A DNA stretch of 62,965 bases from an uncultured Thermotogae bacterium (GTDB lineage Bacteria > Bipolaricaulota > Bipolaricaulia > M55B111): the NCBI GenBank assembly GCA_964649445.1, contig CAZYPS010000004.1, forward strand, positions 1 to 62,965, read 5' to 3'. A program made the translations under genes and the position numbers. Shown here piece by piece: positions 1 through 9,463 of the stretch. Numbering within the stretch: the stretch's first letter is position 1; the number at the start of each line of letters is the position of its first letter. The notes beneath the pieces were generated by a model, which was not told the DNA's origin, did no database searches, and saw nothing but the letters and a program-made list of their open reading frames with translations.

Positions 1-111
1 AGCAAAGTTTAGGGTCGACTTGACCTTTTTGCAATGTTATGATATCCTTAAATTCACTTCGGGAGCCGCTCAGAAACCAGTTATAAAACTTGCCAAGACG
101 AGGGATATATT

Positions 112-972
112 CTGCCAAAAACTTGGACAGTTAAAGAAATTTTAGACTGGACGAGGGATTATTTTAAGGGGGCAGGGGTCGAAAGATCCCGCCTGGAGGC
201 CGAGCAACTTTTAGCCTACACGCTGGATATCGATCGTATTCAATTATATATGAATCCCGATAGGCCCCTTGACGAGGACGAGCTAAATAACTTTAGACCC
301 CTGGTGAAAAAGAGGAAATCCGGTCAACCATTACAGTATATTACCGGCCAGATCTCCTTTATGGGGCTCTCCTTAAACGTCGACGAACGTGCCCTGATAC
401 CCCGCCCCGAAACAGAAGAAATGACGGAGGAGATTCTTGGGGAGTTCAGGGATTACGAAGGAGTAAACGTACTGGATCTAGGTACAGGTTCCGGAGCAAT
501 CGCAATTGCTTTGGCACGCTTCCTTGTAGAACCTTCCATAACAGCAGTCGACAAGAGCTCCGAAGCCTTAGAACTGGCAAAAGAAAACGCTCGAGTTAAC
601 GACCTCGAGAACGAGATAGAATTTCGGCGATCCGACTGGTTTTCCGAAGTTTCAGAGGATTATGACGTAATAGTCTCCAATCCTCCCTATGTTCCGAGTT
701 CGAAACTTGAGGAGTTAAAAGAAGAAATCAAAAATCACGAACCCGCTGAAGCTCTGGACGGCGGAGAAGAGGGAATGAGAGAGATCAAGAAGATACTCGA
801 ACAAGTTGAAGTTCACCTCTCTGAATATGGTGCGGTCTTTCTGGAACTTGGGCACGATCAAGGTACAGAAGCCAAAAAATACGCCGAATCACAAAACCTC
901 CAGGACGTTAGGTTAATCGAAGACTCCCAGGGAACGGACAGGATTCTTCGTGGAACCAAGGAGGCTCAATAA
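112..972 (+). CDS. prmC: Peptide chain release factor N5-glutamine methyltransferase (PrmC/HemK)
   Basis: NPPY catalytic motif (VSNPPYV) and SAM motif LDLGTGSGAIA. The first ATG is at 250, but the in-frame codons 112-249 encode the conserved PrmC N-terminal helical domain (TWTVKEILDWTRDYF...RLEAEQLLAY...IQLYMN). The start is therefore upstream, probably CTG 112 or ATT 109, after GAGGGA at 100-105. The 5' coordinate is uncertain. Confidence 0.9.
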   Translation: MPKTWTVKEILDWTRDYFKGAGVERSRLEAEQLLAYTLDIDRIQLYMNPDRPLDEDELNNFRPLVKKRKSGQPLQYITGQISFMGLSLNVDERALIPRPETEEMTEEILGEFRDYEGVNVLDLGTGSGAIAIALARFLVEPSITAVDKSSEALELAKENARVNDLENEIEFRRSDWFSEVSEDYDVIVSNPPYVPSSKLEELKEEIKNHEPAEALDGGEEGMREIKKILEQVEVHLSEYGAVFLELGHDQGTEAKKYAESQNLQDVRLIEDSQGTDRILRGTKEAQ

Positions 973-1637
973 TGAGTAAGATAGTCCAAATAGCGGAATT
1001 ATCCGTATACGGAGAGGAAGACGAAGTTTTACTGGAAAACCTCAGCTTCAATCTTGATCGGGGAGAGGTAGCCCACCTTCCGAATCTTTCCGATCTTCAA
1101 TACAAGACACTTTTCGAAGTACTAACCGGTGACGTGTCCCCCGATACTGGCCAGGTCGTTCTCGGGGATCGGAATATCGTTCGATTGAGTAGGAAAAACA
1201 GAAAAAAGATGATGCGTGACGAAGTTAGTTTTCTTCCAAGTAATTTCGTTCTACCGAAAAAAAAGACTATTTACGAATCACTGAAATTCAAGCTAAATAT
1301 TACCAATGCAATGCCGGAAATCTCGGAAAGAATCAACGAAGCTCTGGAACTCACCGGTTTAAAAGCTGAAGCGGATCAATTGCCCCAGGAAACAAACGAA
1401 TTAGACCAGGTAAAAACAGCGCTGGCTGTATCGATCATAACGAGTCCCGAGTTACTAGTTTGCCTTAAACCATTTACAAGCTTAAACTCAAAAGGTATGG
1501 AAGAAATTACAAATTTATTAACCAGGTTAAAAGAACAACAACAGCTTAGCGTCCTCTTGTTGACAGACAGCATAAACAGTAAATTAAACGGAGTTAACGC
1601 AATTGAAACTAGTACGGATAGCAGAATAGTCAATTAG
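972..1637 (+). CDS. FtsE-like ABC ATPase-fold protein with degenerate nucleotide-binding motifs
   Basis: 221 aa and co-linear with FtsE/ABC ATPases, lying directly upstream of an FtsX-like permease. Its start overlaps the prmC stop (TAATG). Walker A, signature, Walker B and H-loop positions are all substituted (see findings). Confidence 0.7.
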   Translation: MSKIVQIAELSVYGEEDEVLLENLSFNLDRGEVAHLPNLSDLQYKTLFEVLTGDVSPDTGQVVLGDRNIVRLSRKNRKKMMRDEVSFLPSNFVLPKKKTIYESLKFKLNITNAMPEISERINEALELTGLKAEADQLPQETNELDQVKTALAVSIITSPELLVCLKPFTSLNSKGMEEITNLLTRLKEQQQLSVLLLTDSINSKLNGVNAIETSTDSRIVN

Positions 1638-1642
1638 AAAAG

Positions 1643-2518
1643 ATGACTAAAGGCTTCTACTTCATAAAAGAGTTTGGGGGATTGCTGGATGGAACTAAAG
1701 TGGGCAAGGTTGCCGGCGCAATTTTAAGTATATTTGCTTTTATCGTTTTAATTTACGTTCTTCTCCTCCCAAAAAATCAGCCTTTACAGGTATCCTCCGG
1801 GCTGGAAAAGTTTCCCAGTGGTCACGAAACGCTGGCCCAGATTGAACAGGGGCTTTCATCCAATAGAATAGATGAATTATATCTTTCACTAAGAGATCTT
1901 GACTCGGTGGACAACCTAATACTTGTATTATCGGAAGAAGTTAAGCAGGGAATACTCAACGTCCCGCCCGAGATGTCCGAAAACTCCAATTTCTTTCTAA
2001 TTAAGACGGATAATAGAGAACAATTAAGGGAGGAACTGAGAACCCAACCGGAGATAAACATGATTACCACTATCTCCGGTGAGATAAAACGGCAGGACTC
2101 AGGTTCATTGTCCCTCTGGCTTAAAATACTGATTCTCGTAATAGGAGTAACTTTTGCAGGTCTGGCTTTTTACCTTTTAAGATCTGCCACGGAAGACATT
2201 CTGAGGGAATGGAAAGGAGAACTCCAGGTGGTTAAATTCTCCGGTCTGTCGAGGTTTTCGGTAAAATTCCCACTGGCCTTGCTCGGTACACTATTCGGAC
2301 TACTCGGTTCAGTGCTAAGCGTAGTACTTTTGTTCGTCCTGTCCTTTCTCGCTGACAGCGGAATACGGATAATCCATCAACTGCCAGGCTTACCCACAAA
2401 TACTTCCCTCCTGTTAATCACGGTCTGGTCACTCCTGCTGGGTCTCGTACTGGGCTTTCTGGCCTCACTTTCCAGCCTTCGGGTAGTCGATTTAATGTGG
2501 GACTCAGAAGAGAATTAA
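1643..2518 (+). CDS. ftsX: FtsX-like cell-division permease
   Basis: Topology is an N-terminal TM, a roughly 110-aa extracytoplasmic domain and three C-terminal TMs. It carries the FtsX-type segment ELQVVKFSGLSRFSVKFPLALLGTLFGLLG and lies 5 nt after the ftsE-like gene. Confidence 0.8.
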   Translation: MTKGFYFIKEFGGLLDGTKVGKVAGAILSIFAFIVLIYVLLLPKNQPLQVSSGLEKFPSGHETLAQIEQGLSSNRIDELYLSLRDLDSVDNLILVLSEEVKQGILNVPPEMSENSNFFLIKTDNREQLREELRTQPEINMITTISGEIKRQDSGSLSLWLKILILVIGVTFAGLAFYLLRSATEDILREWKGELQVVKFSGLSRFSVKFPLALLGTLFGLLGSVLSVVLLFVLSFLADSGIRIIHQLPGLPTNTSLLLITVWSLLLGLVLGFLASLSSLRVVDLMWDSEEN

Positions 2519-2541
2519 TTTACACAACCAGGTGATAACAC

Positions 2542-3084
2542 TTGAATAGAGAGGAAGCACTAAATCTTATTGAGGAAAACATATCTGAAGATAACCTGAT
2601 TAAACATATGAAAGCGGTAGAAGCCGGAATGAGGGAGTTAGCTCGTTACTTCGACAAGGACGAAGACAAATGGGGAATAGCGGGTCTGCTACACGATCTG
2701 GATTACGAGGAAACTGAAGAAGACCCTGATCGACACGGACTTTTAACCGTGAAAAGATTGCAAGACGAGGACCTGACCGAAGAACAATTAAACGCCATAA
2801 AAGCCCACGCAGGACAGAAAGCGCCGGAGACTAAAATGGAAAAATCTATTTACGCTACGGACCCATTGACGGGACTTATCGTCGCTGGCGCGCTAGTTCA
2901 CCCAGAGGGCTTGAATGAAATGGATCCCGAGTTCATCCGAAACCGCTATGGCGAAAGTAGTTTTGCAAAATCAGTGGACAGAGAAGCAATAGCAAGTTGC
3001 AAGAACCTCGGATTTGAACTCGAGGAATTCTTTGGCCTAGTCCTGAAAGGAATGCAAAACATCCAAGACGAACTCGGCCTTTAA
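2542..3084 (+). CDS. HD-domain phosphohydrolase
   Basis: H...HDLDY metal-binding motif (AGLLHDLDYEE) with a later H/D (IKAHAG, YATDPL). TTG start preceded by AGGTGA. Confidence 0.75.
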   Translation: MNREEALNLIEENISEDNLIKHMKAVEAGMRELARYFDKDEDKWGIAGLLHDLDYEETEEDPDRHGLLTVKRLQDEDLTEEQLNAIKAHAGQKAPETKMEKSIYATDPLTGLIVAGALVHPEGLNEMDPEFIRNRYGESSFAKSVDREAIASCKNLGFELEEFFGLVLKGMQNIQDELGL

Positions 3085-3162
3085 ACAAACTACACTAATT
3101 CTATATAAGAGATAAAAGGGAAATAAAACCTGAATAACGACTTAATCTATTTTGAAAAAGTC

Positions 3163-3192
3163 AAAAACCCCGCAGAAAGCGCGGGGTTTTTG
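3163..3192. terminator. Bidirectional intrinsic terminator between the convergent HD gene and rplQ
   Basis: AAAAA-CCCCGC-agaaa-GCGGGG-TTTTT: a GC-rich hairpin flanked by an A-run and a T-run. Confidence 0.8.
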
Positions 3193-3216
3193 GCCTTATG
3201 TTAAACTCTTACGAAA

Positions 3217-3573
3217 TTATTTACTTTCCACAAAGGTAAGACGAGCCATCTCGGCGCCATCACCTCTCCTGGGAGGGAGGCGAAGAATTCTAGTGTAGCC
3301 ACCCTGTCTGTCCTCGTAACGCTTGCCCAAATCCTCGAACAAGCTCGTTACTGCTTCTTTATCGTTCAGAAAACTAAAGGCTCGTCTCCTGGCGTGTTCG
3401 TCCCCTTCTTTGGCTAGGGTAATCATCTTATCGGCAAAACGACTTGCTTCTTTAGCTTTTGCCACCGTGGTATCAACCTTACCGTTATTTATCAAGCCCT
3501 TCACCAAGTTAGCTACTATCTGCTTCTGGTGACTCGATTCGGCAAGATTCCAACCTTTTGTTTTATGATCCAT
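3217..3573 (-). CDS. rplQ: 50S ribosomal protein L17
   Basis: Translation matches bL17 (HRKxGxxLxR-type N-terminus, GGYTRI). It is the last gene of the alpha operon, after rpoA. Confidence 0.97.
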   Translation of the reverse strand: MDHKTKGWNLAESSHQKQIVANLVKGLINNGKVDTTVAKAKEASRFADKMITLAKEGDEHARRRAFSFLNDKEAVTSLFEDLGKRYEDRQGGYTRILRLPPRRGDGAEMARLTFVESK

Positions 3574-4522
3574 TGTCCCCCTCCTCCTGATCGGCTAACG
3601 AATAGCCCAGTTCTTCAAGTTTGTCCTCGACCTTTTGAAGAGTTTTGCTTCCAAAGCCGTGAATATCGAGCAATTTTTCGGAAGTTTGACCCAGCAAGTC
3701 CTCGAGAGTTTCTACACCTTTTTCCTGAAGCAGATTACAAGCTCTCTGGTTAAATCCAAGATCCTCGAGCCTTTCTTCAAACTCCTCTGGTACCTCTTCC
3801 TCCACTTCCTGTAATGTCCCTAACTCACCAAAAGGATGTTCGGGCAAGTTAGAAAACAGCTCGAACCTTCTGGCCAGTATACGGGAAGCGCGACCTACAG
3901 CTTCTTCGGGCCTGATTCCTCCATCCGTCTCCAGTTCGAGTTCTAACCTATCACAATCTTCCTTACCCCCAGCCCTGACGGTCTCAACATCAAAATCTAC
4001 CTTCTGCACAGGGGAAAAGTTTGAATCCACTGGAATCACGGAAAGAGGAGAATCCTCGACCTTGTTTTCGTCAGCGGAACGATAACCCATACCGGCCTCG
4101 ACATCCATCTCCATGTTTAACTCTGCTCCGTCGGCCAGATGGGCAAGCACGTGACCTTGATCGATAACTTCTATACCTGATTCTACCTGGAGATCTCCCG
4201 TAACTACTTCCCCGGAACCTGATGCCTCCAAGTACATCTTTCTCTCTTCAGCTCTGTCAAGCCTGAGGGAGATCTCTTTTACGTTCATGAGGATTTCAAT
4301 TATATCCTCCCTAACTCCCTCTATAGTGTCGTACTCATGATACTTCCCGTCGAACCGGACCCTGGTCACGGCGGCTCCCGGTATCATTGACATTAGCACT
4401 CTACGTAAAGAGTTTCCCAGTGTTGTACCCATCCCTCTTTCCAGGGGACCGACTACAAGGCGGCCATACTTATTGTCTAATTCTTCGAAATGAACATCTT
4501 CTGGCTCAATAAATTCTAACAT
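3563..4522 (-). CDS. rpoA: DNA-directed RNA polymerase subunit alpha
   Basis: 319 aa. N-terminal domain GPLERGMGTTLGNSLRRVLMS and a C-terminal HhH domain (LGFNQRACNLL). Confidence 0.97.
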   Translation of the reverse strand: MLEFIEPEDVHFEELDNKYGRLVVGPLERGMGTTLGNSLRRVLMSMIPGAAVTRVRFDGKYHEYDTIEGVREDIIEILMNVKEISLRLDRAEERKMYLEASGSGEVVTGDLQVESGIEVIDQGHVLAHLADGAELNMEMDVEAGMGYRSADENKVEDSPLSVIPVDSNFSPVQKVDFDVETVRAGGKEDCDRLELELETDGGIRPEEAVGRASRILARRFELFSNLPEHPFGELGTLQEVEEEVPEEFEERLEDLGFNQRACNLLQEKGVETLEDLLGQTSEKLLDIHGFGSKTLQKVEDKLEELGYSLADQEEGDNGS

Positions 4523-4547
4523 TAGCCCTCCGCTATTTATTAATGTT

Positions 4548-5171
4548 CTATCGAGAGTAGAACTCTACAATTCTATTGACTTGAAGTGACTCCTCAACGT
4601 CTTCAATAGCGGGTTCAGTTAAAACAGAAGCTCTCATATTATCGGATTCTACGTCCAACCAGGATGGTATCCTGGAATTATCTTCGCCTACCAAACTTTT
4701 TAATCCGTCTTTACTCCTGGAAGAATCCTTATAAGAAACTACGTCACCCTCCTCAGTCATATAGGAAGGAATATCGACCGAACGGCCATTCACTTCAATG
4801 TGACCATGATTGACCAATTGTCGCGCTTGATCCCGCGACTCGGCCAAACCACTCCTATATAAAACGTTATCAAGCCTTCTCTCAAGCGTCTTCAGGAGGG
4901 CTTCACCCGTAACTTCTTTACTCTCGTCAGACTGTTCGAAGTAATTCCGAAACTTCTCTTCTCGAACCCCATAAATACGTCGGGCTTTCTGCTTCTCCCG
5001 CAACCTGATTCTATATTGAGACCACCTTGATCGACTCTCCCCGGCTTCACCAGGGGGATACGATTTTCTAGTCACGGGACATTTATCCGTATAACACTTA
5101 TCTCCTTTCAGGAACAATTTTGTTCCTTCACGTCTACATTTCTTACATTTAGCTTCGGTATCTCTTCCCAT
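4548..5171 (-). CDS. rpsD: 30S ribosomal protein S4
   Basis: N-terminal Cys cluster CKKCRREG...CYTDKC and an S4 RNA-binding domain (RLDNVLYRSGLAESRDQARQLVNHGHI). Confidence 0.97.
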   Translation of the reverse strand: MGRDTEAKCKKCRREGTKLFLKGDKCYTDKCPVTRKSYPPGEAGESRSRWSQYRIRLREKQKARRIYGVREEKFRNYFEQSDESKEVTGEALLKTLERRLDNVLYRSGLAESRDQARQLVNHGHIEVNGRSVDIPSYMTEEGDVVSYKDSSRSKDGLKSLVGEDNSRIPSWLDVESDNMRASVLTEPAIEDVEESLQVNRIVEFYSR

Positions 5172-5186
5172 ATTAATATCCTCCTG

Positions 5187-5522
5187 TCAACTATGTGCCC
5201 TGGGGGTTATATTTGTAACTTTGGTTACCTCTATTCCGGCTCCCTCAATCGTCTGAATAACAGAGTTCCTCCCTGATCCAGTCCCTTTTACGGTTACGAT
5301 AACTGATTTAACCCCGTAATCGCGTAATTCTTCAACTAAGTTCTCCGCAGCAACCTGTGCGGCGTAAGGCGTGCCCTTTCGCGAACCCTTGAAGCCCACA
5401 GCACCCGGTGTAACCCAGGATATTACGTCTCCATCCGTATCAGTCAATGTCAATATTGTATTATTGAACGAAGCATGAACGTGTACGCGCGCTTTATTCA
5501 GCTTTACTTGTTTTCGTGCCAA
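5187..5522 (-). CDS. rpsK: 30S ribosomal protein S11
   Basis: VHVHASFNNTILTLTD...GFKGSRKGTPYAAQ matches uS11. Confidence 0.97.
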   Translation of the reverse strand: MARKQVKLNKARVHVHASFNNTILTLTDTDGDVISWVTPGAVGFKGSRKGTPYAAQVAAENLVEELRDYGVKSVIVTVKGTGSGRNSVIQTIEGAGIEVTKVTNITPRAHS

Positions 5523-5552
5523 TTAAATCTCTCCCTGTTTCATATCCGAACT

Positions 5553-5912
5553 CTATTTGCCCGCCTTCGATTCTCGCGGACCCTTCCAAGTTCTCGCGTT
5601 GGACTGTGTTTTCTGTCCCCGGACCGGCAACCCTTCCTTGTGCCTTTCTCCTCGGTAGCAACCGATATCTTTTAACCTCTGAATATCCGCTTCGACCTTT
5701 CGCTCTAAGTCACCTTCCACACGATATTCATCTATCGCGTTTCTAAGTTTTGCTACGTCAGCTTCAGTAAGGTCGTAAACGAATTCATCGGGGTCTATAC
5801 CCGAAGTCTCAGCTATTTTTTTTGCGCGATGACTCCCTATACCTTTTATATAAGTAAGGGAAATCTTAACCTTCTTGTCTTCCGGAATATCTACACCTGC
5901 TAACCTAGGCAT
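5553..5912 (-). CDS. rpsM: 30S ribosomal protein S13
   Basis: MPRLAGVDIPEDKKV...YIKGIG matches uS13. Confidence 0.97.
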   Translation of the reverse strand: MPRLAGVDIPEDKKVKISLTYIKGIGSHRAKKIAETSGIDPDEFVYDLTEADVAKLRNAIDEYRVEGDLERKVEADIQRLKDIGCYRGERHKEGLPVRGQKTQSNARTWKGPRESKAGK

Positions 5913-5929
5913 CCTTTATCACCTGTCTA

Positions 5930-6043
5930 TTAACCTTGCCGTTGTCTATGCTTCGGATTCTTACAAATAACTTCAACTCTCCCATTCCGCCTAATGATTT
6001 TGCAGTCGTCGCATATTTTTCTTACCGAACTTCTAACCTTCAT
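5930..6043 (-). CDS. rpmJ: 50S ribosomal protein L36 (zinc-binding type)
   Basis: Not in the ORF track because it is under 60 aa. The reverse strand reads [46 protein letters not shown] lies 8 nt upstream, in the canonical infA-rpmJ-rpsM position. Confidence 0.95.
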   Translation of the reverse strand: MKVRSSVRKICDDCKIIRRNGRVEVICKNPKHRQRQG

Positions 6044-6060
6044 ATTAAAAACCCCCTCAG

Positions 6061-6288
6061 TCAGGATTCTCGGTATACTATTCGACCTTTGCTCAAGTCA
6101 TGGGGTGAAAACTCTACCAGAACCCTGTCTCCAGGAACTATTCTAATGAAATGCTTCCTTATTTTGCCTGATATGTGGCAAATAGCTTCGTGTCCATTAT
6201 CAAGTTCGACCTTAAACATTGAATCAGGCAAAGCTTCAACAATTTCTCCCCGTTTTCTGATAATGTCGTCATCTTCTTCTTCAGCCAT
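6061..6288 (-). CDS. infA: Translation initiation factor IF-1
   Basis: S1-like fold: [60 protein letters not shown]. The ATG at 6288 is preferred; an alternative GTG at 6303 would overlap map. Confidence 0.93.
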   Translation of the reverse strand: MAEEEDDDIIRKRGEIVEALPDSMFKVELDNGHEAICHISGKIRKHFIRIVPGDRVLVEFSPHDLSKGRIVYRES

Positions 6289-6292
6289 GTTT

Positions 6293-7048
6293 TTATAAAC
6301 CACCCCTGACTAAAACTTCAGGTCCGTCCTTTGTAGCTGCCACCATACCTTCAAAGTGAGCAGATAGATCGCGATCCGCTGTAACCGTGGTCCAGCCATC
6401 ATCTAAAACCTCAACTTTCTTATCATCAAGCTTGACCATCGGCTCTATACAGAAAACCATTCCTTCTTCAATTCTCTTACCAGTATCCGGCTCACCGTAG
6501 TTCGGAATTTGGGGATCCTCGTGCATATCCCGACCAATACCGTGGCCGACAAATTCCTTTACCACGTTATAACCTTCTTCTTCAACAAAGGAACCGATGA
6601 CGTGAGAAACGTCACCTATCCTATTTCCCACAGCAACTTGATCTATTCCCTTGGTAAGTGCCTGATCCGTCACTGTAATAAGATCCATCGCCTTATCAGT
6701 TACCTCGCCCACGGGAACCGTGGTAGCAAAATCGGCAAAAAGACCGTTCTTTTCAATCCCGATATCCAGAGAAAGCAAATCTCCTGACTCGAGTTTTCTT
6801 TCGCTCGGGATTCCGTGAACTATCTCTTCGTTCAACGAGGTACACAGAGAGCTAGGAAAGCCGCGATAATTCTTAAATGCAGGTGTTCCGTCCTCATTGA
6901 GAATGAGTTCTTCTGCGTAGTTATCCAGTTCCTGAGTAGTTACCCCTGGTTCAATTCTGGAAACTACTTTACCAAGAATCGTCTCCAAAATACTAGCGTT
7001 TTGTCTCATAATTTCAAGTTCCGAACTGGATTTTATCTTTATCATCAA
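6293..7048 (-). CDS. map: Type I methionine aminopeptidase
   Basis: Metal-ligand context LSLDIG, GHGIG, FCIEP and the expected secY-adk-map position. Confidence 0.95.
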   Translation of the reverse strand: MMIKIKSSSELEIMRQNASILETILGKVVSRIEPGVTTQELDNYAEELILNEDGTPAFKNYRGFPSSLCTSLNEEIVHGIPSERKLESGDLLSLDIGIEKNGLFADFATTVPVGEVTDKAMDLITVTDQALTKGIDQVAVGNRIGDVSHVIGSFVEEEGYNVVKEFVGHGIGRDMHEDPQIPNYGEPDTGKRIEEGMVFCIEPMVKLDDKKVEVLDDGWTTVTADRDLSAHFEGMVAATKDGPEVLVRGGL

Positions 7049-7701
7049 CCAGTACCTTGACCGAAGGCATTCTTAATTTCTTTGTATACCTCTTCCGGTT
7101 TCTGTTCCCCGTCAATTTCTTCGAGCAATCCTTTTTCCCGGTAAAAGTCGATTAAAGGAGCCGTTTCATCAAGGAACGTTTCAAATCTATCGCGGATAAC
7201 CTCTGGTTTGTCGTCATCTCGCTGATAAAGGTCGCCACCACATTCGTCACATGTTCCCTCCGTCTCAGGAGGTTTAAATAGAGTATTATATATCCTTCCG
7301 CATTCGGCACATACTCTTCTCGAAGACAACCTTCTGACGGATTCCGATTCCTCTATCTTTATATAAGCAACTAAATCTAGATCTATTACTGCTTCGAGCT
7401 TCTTTGCCTGAGTAAGGGTCCTTGGAAAACCGTCGAACAAATAACCTTCTGGGCCACTTAACCTTTTTTCCACCATGTCAACAACTAGCTCGTCAGGCAC
7501 CAGTTCTCCTTTATCCATGTACTCTTTTGCCTTGAGCCCCAGTTCCGTACCCTTGTCCACTTCGTCCCTGAGTATATCGCCCGTCGCAAGGTGTTCCAAA
7601 TTACGGTCTTCCAGAAGTTTTTCCGCCTGGGTTCCTTTGCCCGCACCCGGACCACCCAAAAGTACTACGTTCGGCTCTTTATCCCCTTCAGCAGCTACCA
7701 T
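7045..7701 (-). CDS. adk: Adenylate kinase (zinc-lid type)
   Basis: P-loop GGPGAGKGTQ and lid CAECGRIYN...CDECGGDL. Confidence 0.96.
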   Translation of the reverse strand: MVAAEGDKEPNVVLLGGPGAGKGTQAEKLLEDRNLEHLATGDILRDEVDKGTELGLKAKEYMDKGELVPDELVVDMVEKRLSGPEGYLFDGFPRTLTQAKKLEAVIDLDLVAYIKIEESESVRRLSSRRVCAECGRIYNTLFKPPETEGTCDECGGDLYQRDDDKPEVIRDRFETFLDETAPLIDFYREKGLLEEIDGEQKPEEVYKEIKNAFGQGTG

Positions 7702-7702
7702 C

Positions 7703-8998
7703 TTAACTCCTTCTCCCGAGTATTGCGGAGCCGCCGGCCTCCGTCAGACTATCGTAATGTCGCATAACCATGTGCGACTCGATCTGCATCAAGACATCGA
7801 GCCCGACACCTACAACAATCAGGACGGACGTGCCACCGAGCCAGAATGAGGATAATCCACTTATTGCAGTGAACACGTAGGGTAAAACGGCAATCGCTCC
7901 AAGAAATAGTGCTCCGACAAGAAGCAATCGATTCAGTATAGATTGGATGTATTCAACCGTCGACTCACCAGGTCGAACTCCTGGAATAAATCCTCCGGAC
8001 TCCTTGAGATTCTGCGCAACGTCATTGGGATCAAATATTATAGCGCTATAAAAATAGGTAAAGAAGACTATCAACAGTACGTAAGCGATCAAGTAAGGAA
8101 TGCTTCCTCGTTGAACCCAGCGAGTCATCCAGGACAAACCTGGTGCCCATTGCGCAACAGTCATGGGCAGCGAAAGTAAAACGGAGGCAAATATTATCGG
8201 TATTACTCCACCTTGATTTACCTTTATAGGTAGATGGCTGGTGTGGCCGCCGTAAACCTTTCTCCCTGCAGTCCTTTTCGCGTATTGTATCCTTACTTTT
8301 CTCCTGCCCTGCTGGACTATCACAACACCTGCTATCACTACGATAAACACACCTATAAGAATCAAACCCCAGATCGGGCTTACATTACCGAAATTAACCT
8401 CAACCCAGGTACTGTAAAGCTGGCTTGGGAACCGGGCCATTATTCCCGCCATAATTAAAACTGAGATTCCGTTACCAATACCGTTTTCCGTTATCCTTTC
8501 ACCAAGCCACATGAGGAAGACCGTGCCGGTCGTCATCGAAAGGACTGATGTGATGAAAAACAGCGTAACTGAACCTTCGACCATACCCTGTCTTACTAGG
8601 AAATAACTCCAGCCGTAGGACTGAATGAAAGCAATTACAAGAGTGCCATACCTAGTATACTTTGTAATTACTTTCTTTCCTTCCCGACCTTGCTGCTGCA
8701 ATTCCTTTAACTTGGGAATTACGGCCGTCAGAAGACTCATAATAATTGAAGCATTAATATATGGTGTTATTCCCAGCCCAAAGAGAGTTCCTCTTCCAAG
8801 GGCACCTCCGGTAAACATATTGAGGTACTGGAGAATATTCCCCCCACCCTGCTCAAACAGGTTTCTAAGAGCTTCAGTGGCAATACCCGGTATCGGAATG
8901 TGTGTTCCGGCTCGGAATATCGCAATTGCCCCCAAAGTAAATAATATTCTCTTCCTGAGTTCAGGTATTTTTGCTATACTGGCTAGCTGGTTAAGCAC
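7703..8998 (-). CDS. secY: Preprotein translocase subunit SecY
   Basis: 431 aa polytopic membrane protein with a typical SecY N-terminus (IPELRKRILFTL) and operon position. Confidence 0.96.
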   Translation of the reverse strand: MLNQLASIAKIPELRKRILFTLGAIAIFRAGTHIPIPGIATEALRNLFEQGGGNILQYLNMFTGGALGRGTLFGLGITPYINASIIMSLLTAVIPKLKELQQQGREGKKVITKYTRYGTLVIAFIQSYGWSYFLVRQGMVEGSVTLFFITSVLSMTTGTVFLMWLGERITENGIGNGISVLIMAGIMARFPSQLYSTWVEVNFGNVSPIWGLILIGVFIVVIAGVVIVQQGRRKVRIQYAKRTAGRKVYGGHTSHLPIKVNQGGVIPIIFASVLLSLPMTVAQWAPGLSWMTRWVQRGSIPYLIAYVLLIVFFTYFYSAIIFDPNDVAQNLKESGGFIPGVRPGESTVEYIQSILNRLLLVGALFLGAIAVLPYVFTAISGLSSFWLGGTSVLIVVGVGLDVLMQIESHMVMRHYDSLTEAGGSAILGRRS

Positions 8999-9004
8999 AA
9001 ATCA

Positions 9005-9463
9005 TCACTCTTTGTCACCCACCAATTCCCATTCTCCTCCGGCATCTTCGATCTTTTTCTTTGCCCCAGCGCTAAACTGGTGCGCCTTCACGGTCAATTT
9101 TTTTTCGAGCTCTCCATCACCGAGAACCTTTAACCCGTCTTTGATATCGCCAATGAGGCCCTCGTTCTTAAGACGTTCGGGGTCGATTACTTCGTCATCC
9201 TCATACCGATTAAGCTGGTAAACGTTTACCCATTCTAAATCCTTCTTGTTCGGATTGGAAAACCCAACTTTGGGGAACCTTCGCCATATTGGAGTCTGCC
9301 CCCCTTCGAAACCTACCTTGGGCTTACCTCCGCTCCTGGCGTTCTGGCCTTTGGTCCCACGTCCACATTCGTGCCCCCCCTTGCCGGAACCGTAGCCCCG
9401 ACCTCTGCGGGTCTCCTTCTGCTTACTACCTTCCGACGGTTTGAGATCTTCTAATTTTTTCAT
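9005..9463 (-). CDS. rplO: 50S ribosomal protein L15
   Basis: Gly/Arg-rich N-terminus (RRGRGYGSGKGGHECGRGTKGQ) and operon position. Confidence 0.96.
   Translation of the reverse strand: MKKLEDLKPSEGSKQKETRRGRGYGSGKGGHECGRGTKGQNARSGGKPKVGFEGGQTPIWRRFPKVGFSNPNKKDLEWVNVYQLNRYEDDEVIDPERLKNEGLIGDIKDGLKVLGDGELEKKLTVKAHQFSAGAKKKIEDAGGEWELVGDKE

Noticed and set aside
8625-9221. Long antisense ORFs in the track. Examples: 8625-9221 (+, 198 aa), 18684-19295 (+, 203 aa), 31806-32390 (+, 194 aa), 34089-34583 (-, 164 aa), 42135-42698 (-, 187 aa), 59928-60473 (-, 181 aa), 21095-21463 (+) and 22585-22974 (+).
   Set aside because: Each lies entirely opposite a confidently identified conserved gene (secY/rplO, fusA, deoC/era, cmk, ftsH, hisS, rpoC). 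Their translations are Ser/Leu/Pro/Phe-rich low-complexity sequence, as expected from reading GAA/GAG/GAC-rich genes backwards. They lack Shine-Dalgarno sites and differ in composition from the acidic real proteins.
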